DNA from: Camelus ferus
Taxonomy: Eukaryota
DNA length: 64,000 bases
NCBI RefSeq assembly: GCF_009834535.1
Contig: NC_045697.1
Span: 115,632,001 to 115,696,000 of the forward strand
Direction of reading: 5' to 3'
In this document: positions 1-10,700 of the stretch, piece after piece
Layout of the letters: each line of letters opens with the position of its first letter
Numbering within the stretch: the stretch's first letter is position 1
Notes under the pieces: model-generated
What the model was told of the DNA's origin: nothing
Databases searched by the model: none
The model's input: the letters and a program-made list of their open reading frames with translations, nothing else
Position numbers and translations under genes: made by a program

Positions 1-397
1 AATATGGAATATCACCTCTAAACATTTAAAAAGTAGTTGTTATTTGAAGTTATATGATAAATTAATAAATTAAAATCGGGACAATAATCATAGACACAAA
101 TGAAATTGCACTGATTCCATAATATAAAATATAATCATCGTATCTTGAATCTTTCATGTATATAATAAGTTCTTATTGAATGGCTACTTTGTGCATTCTA
201 TTCTCCTCCATGGAAATATTCAGGAAAATTGAATTTCTTCTCTTTGGCTGGTTATAATAGGTGAAAGCCAAAAGAGTGAAATGATTGCTTTTCAATTACA
301 AGGAAATAAATCTTTCCTTTAAAGTAAAGATAAACATTAAGTAACAACAATGCAATTGTACTCAGTTTTCTCATAGGCAATGCTAATCATTTTTCAG

Positions 398-449
398 GGT
401 CGATCTGCATTCCTCCAGAGTCACAAGGTTCTGCAGATTATTCCCGAAG
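398..449 (+). pseudogene. Candidate exon A (52 nt)
   Basis: Branch-like TGCTAAT (381-387), TTTTTCAG acceptor, AAG|GTAATC donor; no stop codon in any frame. Confidence 0.45.
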
Positions 450-960
450 GTAATCTTGATGGGGAACTGATAAAACGAAAAGAAAAATTATTTTATGTGC
501 TCATTACACTGATAGTGGTTTCTAGACTCACTCCAAATGTAATCACATTTTCATAGCCTCCTAAGTCCTGGAAGCAATCTAGGGTCTACAAGCCAAATAG
601 ATGAAGTTACTGAGTTGTGTCTTGGACCAATAAATAGAAAAAGAAAGAAAGGAAGAAATGTTAGTATGTCACCATGTGAACCTATTCCTATGAGAGGAGA
701 GTCTGAATTAACTGTAAAATGACCTTGGCAACACAGCCATTTCCTTCCTGGAACATAATGTAATGATGACACTTCCATGTCATTACCTTAATGTTGCTTT
801 GTCATTATTACAGAGACTCGAGCATTTTTTTAATCATCAGTAGGAGATGGGGTTAAATGTAGGAGGAAAAAAAGACTAGCCAATTTCCAAGGAAAAAATT
901 TTCCATTCAAGGAAAGCAAATGTTTGCAAGAGCTCTGGTAGTAATGCAAGAGGTTTCATT

Positions 961-977
961 GCCCCACCTAGTGGTCA
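961..977 (-). promoter_or_regulatory. CTCF-like motif
   Basis: Minus strand reads TGACCACTAGGTGGGGC, one mismatch from the core CCACTAGGTGGCGC. Confidence 0.45.
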
Positions 978-1146
978 GGAACTAATTTACTGCACAAATC
1001 ACCTATGCCAGTGGTTCTCCTTCCAAGATGTATGTGATTCAACAATCATGTAGTATCACTGTGTTCCCAAATAGTAGAATACAAGATAAGCATGCCATGT
1101 TAAGCGGAAGTTGAATGTTAAGAAAGTACGTGTTAGTTTAGTAATT

Positions 1147-1290
1147 CTTTTTTCTTTTTAATTGAAGTACCATCAGTTACAATATGTCAATTTCTGGTGC
1201 ACGGCATACTGTCCCAGTCATGCATATACATACATATCATTGTTTTCATATTCTTTTTCATCAAAAGTTATTGCAAGATATTGCATATAT
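1147..1290 (-). mobile_element. L1 3' end fragment
   Basis: T-rich tail followed by AATTGAAGTA...GTTACAATATGTCAATTTCTGGTG; similar to other L1 3' ends in the window. Confidence 0.8.
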
Positions 1291-1540
1291 AAACTCATGT
1301 AAGTGTTACTTTGTCTATTTTGGAGTTCACCTGTTGTCTTGCAATTATTTCTAGTATTTACATAAACCTTAAGTGGCACGCAGTAAAAATTTGTTAACAG
1401 AAGCATCTAAATAGTTCTTGAGGTTTCAGACAACATTAGCATTGCCTCAGTTTTATAAGTGAAATAAAATTTCAAAAAATCTTTGTAATAAATTCTGTGT
1501 CTTGATCAAATTGGATTATTTATGGTTATAATCTTCCTAG

Positions 1541-2325
1541 AATTGTGTGATACACATAAAATAAACAGAAGGTATCTCTAAGTTTAACCCGTACATATCC
1601 ATCCTTACCACAGCCCAAAGATTCAAGGATTCCAATTTTTAATTTACTCATATACCAACTTTCAACCATGAAAATATTCTTCAAAAATGTATATCATCAG
1701 AAAAGATTGGGAAAAAAAAAAGCATTATATTACAGGAAGGAGAAACACCAGTGAGTACACAAAGTTACTGAGTTTCTACTTGGGCAACAATGTGGACTGA
1801 AGCATCTAGAGACGGAAAAGTAGGTCCATCAAGCAGCACACGTCCTTCGAGGGGTTATCAGGTACCGTGTCACTGATACAGCATCATGCAGTGCAGGAAG
1901 CAGAAGGGATGCAGGTACCGTGTCACTGATACAGCATCATGCAGTGTAGGAAGCAGAAGGGATGCACAACATACTAACCAGCTGTGAGGCTTCCACTGCT
2001 CAGCGATGCTACATCTGGCCTGTTAGGCAGTTTCATGGGCATCATCAATAAACTATAATCAGCATGTAATGATCCGACAAGATCCCCAGCAAGAAGAGCC
2101 TGGAAGGCAGCCAGGCCATCAACACTGACAGTTCACTGCGATTGTGTCCTCTTCAGCTGGACGTGTTTAGAAAATGGATGACAACAAGGAATACAAAGAG
2201 CAACTTTCGGGGAGAAAAACCTGGAGAGAGACCAGCAGGAAATGAATGAAATATGCCCTAATGGTGAGCTGAACCCCTTAAACAAGGCTGGAGCAGCCAG
2301 CCAGACTGCGGTTTTAGGCAATTCA
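1541..2325 (+). pseudogene. Candidate exon B (large, disrupted)
   Basis: TCTTCCTAG acceptor at 1540 and TCA|GTAAGT donor at 2326. GTVSLIQHH (1914), LQLDVFRKWM (2151-2180) and PDCGF (2301-2315) are in one frame, with intervening stops. Confidence 0.4.
1861..1966. repeat. 53-bp tandem duplication
   Basis: 1861-1913 and 1914-1966 are identical except GTGCAGG/GTGTAGG. Confidence 0.97.
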
Positions 2326-2700
2326 GTAAGTTCTTGTTTCTAGTCCATGCAAAGCAGGTATCTGTCAATATGTAAAATAGTCTTACGGCTCACACATCAA
2401 GTATCATGGCCATTTGCAGGATGTAAGTATACAACTAAAAATGATGGCTAAAATATTCATAGATTAGTCTGTTTAGGATTCAAGGATGTAAAATATTCTC
2501 TAAATTTTCACTATTGATAATCATGATCAGTTTTGGCTATATGCACATTCCCAAAATATTTCCATGAGTTTTAGTCAAACACGGATTGAAACGCTTGACT
2601 CTCTTGTTTATCAAAGAACAAATGTGAATTTATAAATGACAAAAAAGGCTATACCAGCTTTACTGAGAAGTGGAATTCTAAAAGTTAAAATCAGGAAACA

Positions 2701-2866
2701 GGGAGGAGGGTATAGCTCAAGTGGTAGAGCGCATGCTTAGCATGCACGAGGTCCTGGGTTCAATCCCCAGTGCCTCCTCTGAAAATAAATACACAGATAA
2801 ACCTAATAACCTCCCCCTGCCAAAAAAAAAATTAAAAGAAAAAATTTTTTTAAATTAAAAAAAAAG
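2701..2866 (+). mobile_element. tRNA-Ala-derived SINE (camelid Vic-1 type), full length
   Basis: A box TAGCTCAAGTGG, anticodon-like CTTAGCATG, B box GGTTCAATCCC, A-rich tail; TSD AAATCAGGAAA (2688-2698 / 2867-2877) at a TT|AAAA L1 endonuclease site. Confidence 0.92.
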
Positions 2867-2905
2867 AAATCAGGAAAAACAAACAAACAAATTCTTTCTA
2901 CACAG

Positions 2906-3235
2906 TGTCTCTGCGGAGAAGACTGTCTCTGGTTGAAAATGGGGTTCATCCCATGATTTCTAGTCTCTCTTTCTTTTTTTTTTTTTTTTTGAATTTGTTG
3001 TTTATCTATTTTATGTATATCAGTTAATATCTAGTCTCTCTTTGACAAAAAAAAAAAAACCCTTTAATTACTCTTAGGCACAAAATAGTTGTTGTTCTCT
3101 AATACAAATATCCAGCATCTGTCTGAATATCTGAAAAGCTTCTCTTTATTTGGCCTAGACCTGTGAATCCATTGGAAGGGGAGAGTTGGGAAGACTCTCT
3201 GTCTTGGGCCCTTCCAGGGTTTTAGTGGGAATTAG
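2906..3235 (+). pseudogene. Candidate exon C (disrupted by a small L1 insertion)
   Basis: TTCTTTCTACACAG acceptor at 2905; the frame from 3064 reads LITLRHKIVVVL*YKYPASV*ISEKLLFIWPRPVNPLEGE; donor position uncertain (AG|GTGGGG at 3236). Confidence 0.35.
2973..3029 (-). mobile_element. 57-bp L1 3'UTR mini-insertion with poly(A) tail
   Basis: Perfect 14-bp TSD TCTAGTCTCTCTTT (2959-2972 / 3030-3043); poly-T, then TGTTGTTTATCTATTTTAT shared with L1 3'UTRs at ~43548 and ~63836. Confidence 0.88.
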
Positions 3236-4029
3236 GTGGGGAATGAAGTTCAGAAAAGTCCTCTCCTCATCAGTGCCATTGACCTAACCTCACAGTACTT
3301 TCTACTATTTTTAAATGTGATTAAAGAATCACATTTTTAAATGTGATTCTTGATATCCGGTTAACTTGGAAACTTTGCATTCCTTCCCCCTACCTTTCCC
3401 TCCTCCTCCCCACCCCTCTGCATCTTCGGGCATCTGTCACCTGCAATTCCCCTAAAGTAAGGAAATCTTTTCTCTCACCATCAATTTATGACTCCCCCTT
3501 TGTCCTCTTCTACTATGTGACCTGCAGCCTCCTTGAATTTGCTGTATTCACCATTCTCTTTTCAGCCAAATTTCTTATCATAGTGCCAGCCAGCTTTCTC
3601 TTCCAAGAGATCTCTGAGCCAAGGAGAATCACTAGCCTTTGCCTCCAGAAATTTGGGAGTGAGGACAGTCCATTCTCAAAGCAAACACATCTCACTCATC
3701 CAGCAGAGCAGCTAACAAACCACCGTTTAGCTTCTGTACCCAACAGACTCCATTGGAAACATCCAAAGCTCCTGATCTCCAGACTTGAGCCAGTGGGGAG
3801 CACAAACCTATCCCTGCACCGTGATGAGGTTTGACTCAGCACAGCCACAACTCTCGCCAAAGAAATTCTTCTTGGCCAAGTCCACTCTTGGTCCCCTAGT
3901 CCATTTTATGGTCTGGTAACTAAGGACCACAAACTATTCTTAGCCATTTCCTTTGCAAGCTGTTCTCAAGTGACTTAGCAAACTTCCATTTGGAATGTGT
4001 GGGTGGTGGCCTCTCTTATCCAGGGCCTC

Positions 4030-4400
4030 TCTTAGTTTGCTTTACTTGTGATGAGCATCCGAGGGCACATGGAGCATGTTTTATTTGGGAGGTGATCGCA
4101 GAAATGCCAATGAAGAAGTGAGGCTGGGGAAGAAAGGAAGCCAATAAGGCAGGTTTCTGCTGTGGGTATCCGAGATGCAATCCTGCAAGGGAGCTCCGGG
4201 AGTCAGTGTAGAAATGTGCCTCGGATTTATCCCCACCGAGCACCCGGGAAACCAGGATGCTCACACAACCATGTTCATCAGTCACTGGTTGAAGGTCTGT
4301 TCTCAGAGAAGGGGAGTGGGGAAGTCACTTTCCAGCTACTTTGGCGTAGAAAGTCACGTGAGAGGGTAAAGCAGCCTCTGACCACAGAGAACTTGCTCAA
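4030..4400 (-). mobile_element. Old ERVL-type LTR (LTR33-like)
   Basis: TTTATTTGGGAGGTGATC...AAGGAAGCCAATAA; reverse-complement counterpart at ~54815-54835; boundaries approximate. Confidence 0.6.
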
Positions 4401-4789
4401 AGAGAATACAAGTGCTGTCATTTGGAATTTGGATGGGCGGTCCTGAAACAGAAGGAGCTGGGTACTTATGGACCAAACAGCAGCTGCTACAGGGCCCGGT
4501 GACCCAAGGCAGAACGAGCACACAATTAAACTGACAAGTGATAATACTAAAACAGAAATCAGGTTCTTCAAAGAAGACTGTCAAACGCAATTGCGTTCCT
4601 TTCATGATGTCAGTAACACCAGCATTGAGCAGAGTTCCTGATCTGGATTGGAACCCTCACAGGCTTCTGACCAGGATCTGCTCTCAAACTGACACATCTG
4701 TCATCAGAGTTCCGCTGGGAAACTTGAAGCCAGAAAGCTGAAAGGGAAAATCTCTTGTTATTCCCTCTCTCAAATTCTACTCTAATGCA

Positions 4790-5900
4790 ATCTCTGCAGA
4801 CAGTCTCTCTGGTTTACACATTCTTTTGCAATGTCATCTACCTTTCATCACAATTCTCTTTCAACCTCCTTGCTGCAGCTGAAATCTGGCCCTCCCCCAG
4901 TGACAGTGCAATAGAGAAGAACAGATCTGACTCCATATCAGAGCTGTTCCTTTGGCTCTAACCCTGCGCTCTGTTTCCTGGGCTGAGTCATGCTGGTTCT
5001 ACACCTTTTGTAAAAGGATGTTGCCTAGAGCCTGAAATAGACAGGAGAGCCCATCCTCAAGGCTCTGACCTTTAAGGGTGTAACATTTTTCCATTCATAT
5101 AAAGATAAAAAGTTGCAGAACAGGAACACCATGACCTGGCTCACATGGACAGCTCCAAGAACAAAGGATTCCAACAGCAAGAAGTTTGCCACAACCAGCC
5201 ATACAGCTCCTCCCCTTTTAGTATAAAAGGAGCCTGAATTCTGACTTGGGGAAGATGGTTCTCTAGGACATTAGTCCCCCATCTTCTCGGTCTGCTGGCT
5301 TTCCGAATAAAGCCACTGTTCTTTGCCCCAACACCTCATCTCCCAATTTATTGGCCTGTCCTGCAGTGAGCAGAGCAAGCTTGCACTCAGTAACAATAAG
5401 ACATCCTCTCCTGCCCTGTCTACATTGTGATCTTAACTCCTACCTGCAGATCACTGCTACAACCCCTTTTACTTAAAAGTCTTTTCTTGTCCTCCACCTT
5501 CCATAGTCTCTTCCAATTGGTCATCTTCCAAATCTCATGAAGAATGTTAGCCCATGGTTCACAACCCATGTAAATATCATGAGCAATGCCAGTTTCTCAG
5601 GGTCCTTGAATGCCCAAAACTGGCACTCACTTCCTTTCTCTCATAGCTGTCATGCCAATCTGCTAGCACTCAGAATCACTCCACCTCTGAAATCTTACTT
5701 ATACCTTTCTAATTATAATCCCTATTATTCCAATTTTTTTAGTCTTCATCCCCTCTCATGTCTTGTTCTTCATGGTTTCTTTAACTTGTCATTTTCTCCT
5801 AATCTACAAACTCTGTGTGTCTTCACTTTCTTCCCACTTAAACTAACGTTTTGGTCAACACCTCAATTCCCTTGCCTGGTGTAACACTCACCATGTAACC
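4790..5900 (+). mobile_element. Degraded L2 ORF fragment, interrupted by a solo LTR
   Basis: LLAAAEIWPSPSD resembles the L2 endonuclease LLALTETWLSP motif; C/T-rich L2-like sequence continues after the LTR. Confidence 0.4.
4907..5395 (+). mobile_element. Solo ERV1 LTR, MER41-like
   Basis: TG...CA termini (TGCAATAG...CAGTAACA), TATAAAA at ~5222, AATAAA at ~5306, MER41-type R/U5 (GGGAAGATGGTTCT...CCATCTTCTCGGTCTGCTGGCTTTCCGAATAAAG); TSD not clean. Confidence 0.85.
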
Positions 5901-6083
5901 CCCTGACCCTAGATGGATCTCCCTTTTGGGCTTCTATATCAGAGCTGCTTAAGATTGCTAAACTAAGAAGAAAGAGAAGAAGGAGAGAGAGAAGGAAGAA
6001 GACAAGAAGGAAGAGGAGAGAAAAAAATTTAAATTTAATTCAATATTCAATCCTCCAGCCCCACCTGTCCCCCAATATATGTA

Positions 6084-6259
6084 ACTACTATACATAAAAT
6101 AGATGAACAACAAGGTCCAACTGTACAGCACAGGGAACTATATTCAATACCTTGTAATAGCCTAAAAATAAATATATTTATATTTTTTAATGAATCACTA
6201 CACTGTATACTCAGAAATTTAACACAACATTGTAAATCGACTATACTTTAATAAAAAAA
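6084..6259 (+). mobile_element. L1 3' end fragment
   Basis: AAAATAGATGAACAACAAGG...ACAGCACAGGGAACTATATTCAATA...ACAACATTGTAAATCGACTATACTTTAATAAAAAAA. Confidence 0.85.
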
Positions 6260-7041
6260 TCATACATCACACTAAGTGATGATTTGACATCTGCATTAAA
6301 AGAATATATGTAAAGATAATTCTACTTTTTCAACCTCATCCTTATAATGCTCTAGAATTACATTGGATTCATTCGACTTCGACACACATCTCTCTGTTGG
6401 ACATTGTACAGACTTTTGATTCATCCAACACATCATTCATCCGACACATGCATGAACAAGTGCTTCCACTTATGTGGTCTTTAATTATTTATTATCCAAC
6501 ATTTTACTTGACTGCCTTCGATGTGCATGTCCTGTCTCAAAAATCAGATCAAAAATAAGGAGGACATCTTGTACTTGAACATCCTTGCTAGTGCCTAATG
6601 CAGCCCACATTTCCCACTCCTATAGATAATTTTCTCTCAACATACACTTTGCTTACTGATCTTAAAGAAAAATTTCTCTTCTCTAAGAACCTTTTCTTCT
6701 ACTCCATATTCTGTTACAATTTTGAGTTTCTTATATTTGGAAAAAACGGTTTCAAAGCAATTTTCTTGCATACATTAGATCTAACCGTGGAACACTAAAA
6801 TAACATGTGCACTCTATTTTGTTAGTGGCAGAAATAATAATAATAATAATCATTTACTTTTTCAAAAAAAATCAGAGGCCAAAAATCATAGTGAGTATTT
6901 CAAACTCTACACATCAATCAAATTTAAATAAACATAAATTGTCAAATTTAAAGATGAGAATCTTTTGTATTTTGTTTTCATTTATTTTAAATTTATCAAT
7001 AGAGAAGGGACACAGTTTAGGAAGGCTCTTATAGTTGTTTT

Positions 7042-7075
<34 letters not shown>

Positions 7076-7878
7076 AAGCAGAAATGAAATTTCAGAGGCA
7101 AATGCCACAAGCAAGAGTAAATATTGGAAGTAATAAAAGCCTAATTTATTGTGGGTGTGGCATCAAAATACAGGTCTAGCTGCATTAAATACTTGGGGGA
7201 AACTATTAGTGATAGGTTGAATATGAAATGTGAAGGAAAAGGACTTCAAAGTTAACTTCAAAAATTTTGAGGCCATGATTAATATCATTCCATCATTAAC
7301 ATAAATAGGAATGACGCTCAAATCAGAATCTTTGTATGGGGAACAATAACTCCAGTTTTAAATTTGTTAAGTTCAAACTAGTGATTCACTGTCTTCTAGA
7401 ATGAGGAAATAGAGAAATGGGGCCAGAGCTTTCTTAGCAAATCAAAGCCAAAATATTAAAAGCATATCTTCATCATTGGGTAAAAGTTGCAACTATAGTA
7501 AGGAAAAAGTCAATGGAGAGAAGGAAGATATTAATACCTTGTTACAGCAAAATATTATCATGTTCTTATTTAGGCCAATATCTCTTTGGGTAGGATGGAG
7601 CAGAGGGGTTTACAGTCAGCACAAGGACTAAGAAGGGCCCCAATTCTTCAATCAAATTACTAAAAACATCAAATAGAATCTCTTAAAGATCCCTGCTGGT
7701 ATGAGTTTGGGGAATGCTAGGAATATTCAGTAGTTCATAAAGTTTATTTTTTTCTCTTGCAATGGGAAAGTTTTCATTTCCACCAATGCTTTTTGCAGCC
7801 TTATGGATGCTCCATTCTGCTTTTTGACCTGATCGTTCTGTGCTTCCCTACCTGACTCTGTTCTTTCCTTCTCCTCGG

Positions 7879-8155
7879 TGGGTTAAAGTGTAACATGCCC
7901 AAAATGCTGGAAGTCACAGTAACGTGAAAAGATGGGAGGACTTGTTAACGCACAGGCAGAGGAAGCAAAGTATGGCTAACACCAGGAGAGCCACAAGGGA
8001 GCGCATCAGACACCGAAAAAGAAACCAGCGTTTTCAGTGCCCATCACACGCTGTACGTCCTCATTTCTACTTATGATGCTTTTTACCTGACAGCCCCTGG
8101 GAGCTCTTGGAGAGCCGCTGTGTTTTCTCAAATAAATACGTATTTCGGTTTGTGT
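7879..8155 (+). pseudogene. Candidate terminal exon D
   Basis: CTGAC branch-like site and long polypyrimidine tract ending in CGG (mutated acceptor); NVKRWEDLLTHRQRK frame (7921-7965) closes at TGA 8074-8076; followed by a poly(A) signal. Confidence 0.38.
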
Positions 8156-8157
8156 GC
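8131..8157 (+). terminator. Candidate polyadenylation signal
   Basis: AATAAA at 8131-8136 followed by GT-rich GGTTTGTGTG. Confidence 0.4.
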
Positions 8158-9446
8158 TTATCTCGAGAACTCATTTTAATTACTCGGTGGACATTAACAG
8201 TGTCTTCCCAGCTGTTACTTTCTATTATGTCCTGCAAATGAGCCTTTTGACTCTTTTTAAAAAGGCATCTTTGACCCGATGATGATGACGATGCTCAGGC
8301 AGCGTGGCAACAGACAGTGTAAATTCCCCGCCATTGGGAAATGATATAGACAGCTTTTCCAAAAATTACCCTGGCCTATGACTTCTGCACATGAACACAC
8401 ATCATGTTTAAGATTTCCATGAATTATATTCTTAAAGCATTCCAAATAAAACCCATTTAGACTTGATGAGAATCCTTATATGCACACTTTGAATGCATAT
8501 AAGAAGATGTTTATTATTTAACAAATATTTTAGGTCACTGAAAGGGACAAGAATGGAAAAACAAAGATTTAATTGCAAACTACTTTTCTGTTTAATGATT
8601 CACATCATGGTATTTTACTCCTTTGGCTGTGGGTAGCACGTTCTTATTGAATAACACAAATTGTATTCCTCTTTGATTTCAAAGATCTAATGATTCATCT
8701 GGACCATCAAATTGGAAACACTTTCATCAATATAGGAATAAATGCAAGTATGTGACAAATTATATTGTGACATAGTCATAAGTATAACTAAAAAGATGGC
8801 TTTCTTGTAATTCAATTGCTTTTACAAATCCTTTTTCTTCAGACAACTGAAAAAGAATTTGGCATTGGTCAGTTCCTTCCTTCAAAGCCATTTTTTCTTG
8901 AGAAACCTCAAAAAGAATTTTAAGAAAACTCTGATTATTCCATTAGACTTCTTTTCCCTTCTAAGATTGTATTTCTAAAACACAGAAGTCCACCTGAGAA
9001 TACTTCTTTTTTTTTCATTTTATAACAAATAGAAATTTATCCTGCAACTCCGTACAGAAACCTGAGAGAAAATCAATGATCGCTTTGACAAGAACAATGC
9101 TACTTGCTTCTGAACAGGTCACCTAGCTCCTGGTAACCTGTTCTCCCAGGATAGTTTATTTAGAAAATCAGGCCAGTCACCCCTGAGCCTGTTCAATCCT
9201 ATGGTTCCAGTCACTCAAAGTACACAAGAAACTTTAAACGTCACAATTACTGGGAAGCCATTTCTCAGTGCACCTATTTCATGAGTAAGGATCATTATAT
9301 TCATCTGGTACAAAAAGAGTCAGTTGCTATGACCACTTCCCATTTAGATCTGTCTGTTAAGACTGAAGGAGTCAATGGAGTGAGGCCCATTATCCTTGCT
9401 TGGGAGATGAGTGGCTATAGGATACTTTTTGAGAACATGGTCTTTT

Positions 9447-9670
9447 AAGCCAGACTAATGGCGTTTTGAATCCTGCTTCCATCACTTACTGACTTTGCAT
9501 CTTTGTATTCTTGGATATTTGACTGAAGTCTCGAATTACAATTTCCCCACTTGAAAAGTGCAGTTAACAATACCAAAAAGGATGCTGCTGTTCATTTATT
9601 TAAATGACACTTACAAATCCTTTAGTATAGTGCCTGATACACAGTTTGAATTATATTTGTTGCTATTATT
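9447..9670 (+). mobile_element. MIR SINE relic
   Basis: AGCCAGAC...TTTGAATCCTGCTTCCATCACTTACT...TAGTATAGTGCCTGATACACAG. Confidence 0.7.
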
Positions 9671-10247
9671 ATAGTTAGTCACTTCATTTAGAGAAAGAAC
9701 CTATATATTTATATTCAAAAATCTTCAAGGCTACTGTTAAAACTTGAATCCATAATGACCACGATACTATAATTACCTTTTACATTTCTGAAACATTCAC
9801 AGCCTCAATCTAGAGCTCTAAAAGAGCTTTGAAATTTCTATTGACTTAAAGGGAAAAAAAAAAAAAAGTAGAGGCAATATTTGTGATCCGGGAGAAGAGC
9901 TCAGAGTATCAGAAGTCGGTAAAGCAGAGGTTGGGATTACCTTCTCCAGGTATATTGATTCTGTGGTTGTTCATTACAGTACCAAAGCTGCCTCTTTAAG
10001 AACCCACATCATGTACTTAATCCTCGGCAGACACTTTATTTCTGACAAGGGGAAGAAAAGTATGCAAGGCTTGAGTTCTCTCCCCTGGAAGTTCTTTTCT
10101 TTTCTTTTCTTTTCTTTTTTTTTTCCTCTCTCTTCCAAAGTTATTTCCAGCTATAATATAAAACCTGTGAACTGGTTGCTTCTTAGTAAATCTATGTCAT
10201 TATAGCAATAGATAATAGGCAGGTAGTCAGAAGGGAGGAAGAGGAAT

Positions 10248-10460
10248 TACCACATGCTAGTCCTGCTCTGACTGCTTTGCCTGTAATGACTCACACAGTC
10301 CTCATGACAACCCTATGAGACAGCCACTATTGTTACCCGTATTTTATAGAGGAGAGAACACAGACACAGGGCGTTTAAGTAACTCCCCGAGGTAGTGGCT
10401 CATAAATGACAAACTCAGGCAGCGTGGCCCCAAAGCATTTACACAGGACACTGCACTGTC
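10248..10460 (-). mobile_element. MIR SINE relic
   Basis: CCTCATGACAACCCTATGAG...TATTTTATAGAGGAGAGAAC...AAGTAACTCCCCGAGG MIR core. Confidence 0.75.
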
Positions 10461-10511
10461 TCCGTGAGAAAGAAAAAGATAACAACTAATTTCATACAGT
10501 ATTGATTTATT

Positions 10512-10700
10512 TTCACTTTTATTTTTTATTGAAGTATAGTCAATTTACAATCTTCTGTGAATTTCAAGTGTACATAGTGATTGTTACATACACATATATA
10601 TATTCCTTTTCATATTCTTTTTCAATATAGGCTATTACAAGTTACTGAATATAGTTCCCTGTTCTCTACAGTAGGACCTTGTAGTTTATCTATCTTATAT
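10512..10700 (-). mobile_element. L1 3' end fragment
   Basis: TTTTATTGAAGTATAGTCAATTTACAA...ATAGTTCCCTGT...CAGTAGGACCTTG. Confidence 0.85.

Larger units (their letters stand above)
398..8155 (+). pseudogene. Putative spliced pseudogene (3' portion), distantly IQCM-like
   Basis: Four exon-like blocks with splice signals and a terminal AATAAA plus GT-rich element. Translated fragments (LSGTVSLIQHH, LQLDVFRKWM, PDCGF, LITLRHKIVVVL*YKYP, LLFIWPRPVNPLEGE, NVK..GLV..RQRK) follow the order of IQCM C-terminal motifs as recalled from memory. Many stops, frameshifts and insertions. No alignment was run. Confidence 0.4.

Noticed and set aside
2701..2777. tRNA-Ala(AGC) gene
   Set aside because: It has a SINE body, A-rich tail and TSD, and related copies occur at 16851-17016; it is a SINE head
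3343..3834. 163-aa ORF
   Set aside because: Non-ATG start, no recognisable domain, pyrimidine-rich sequence resembling decayed repeat
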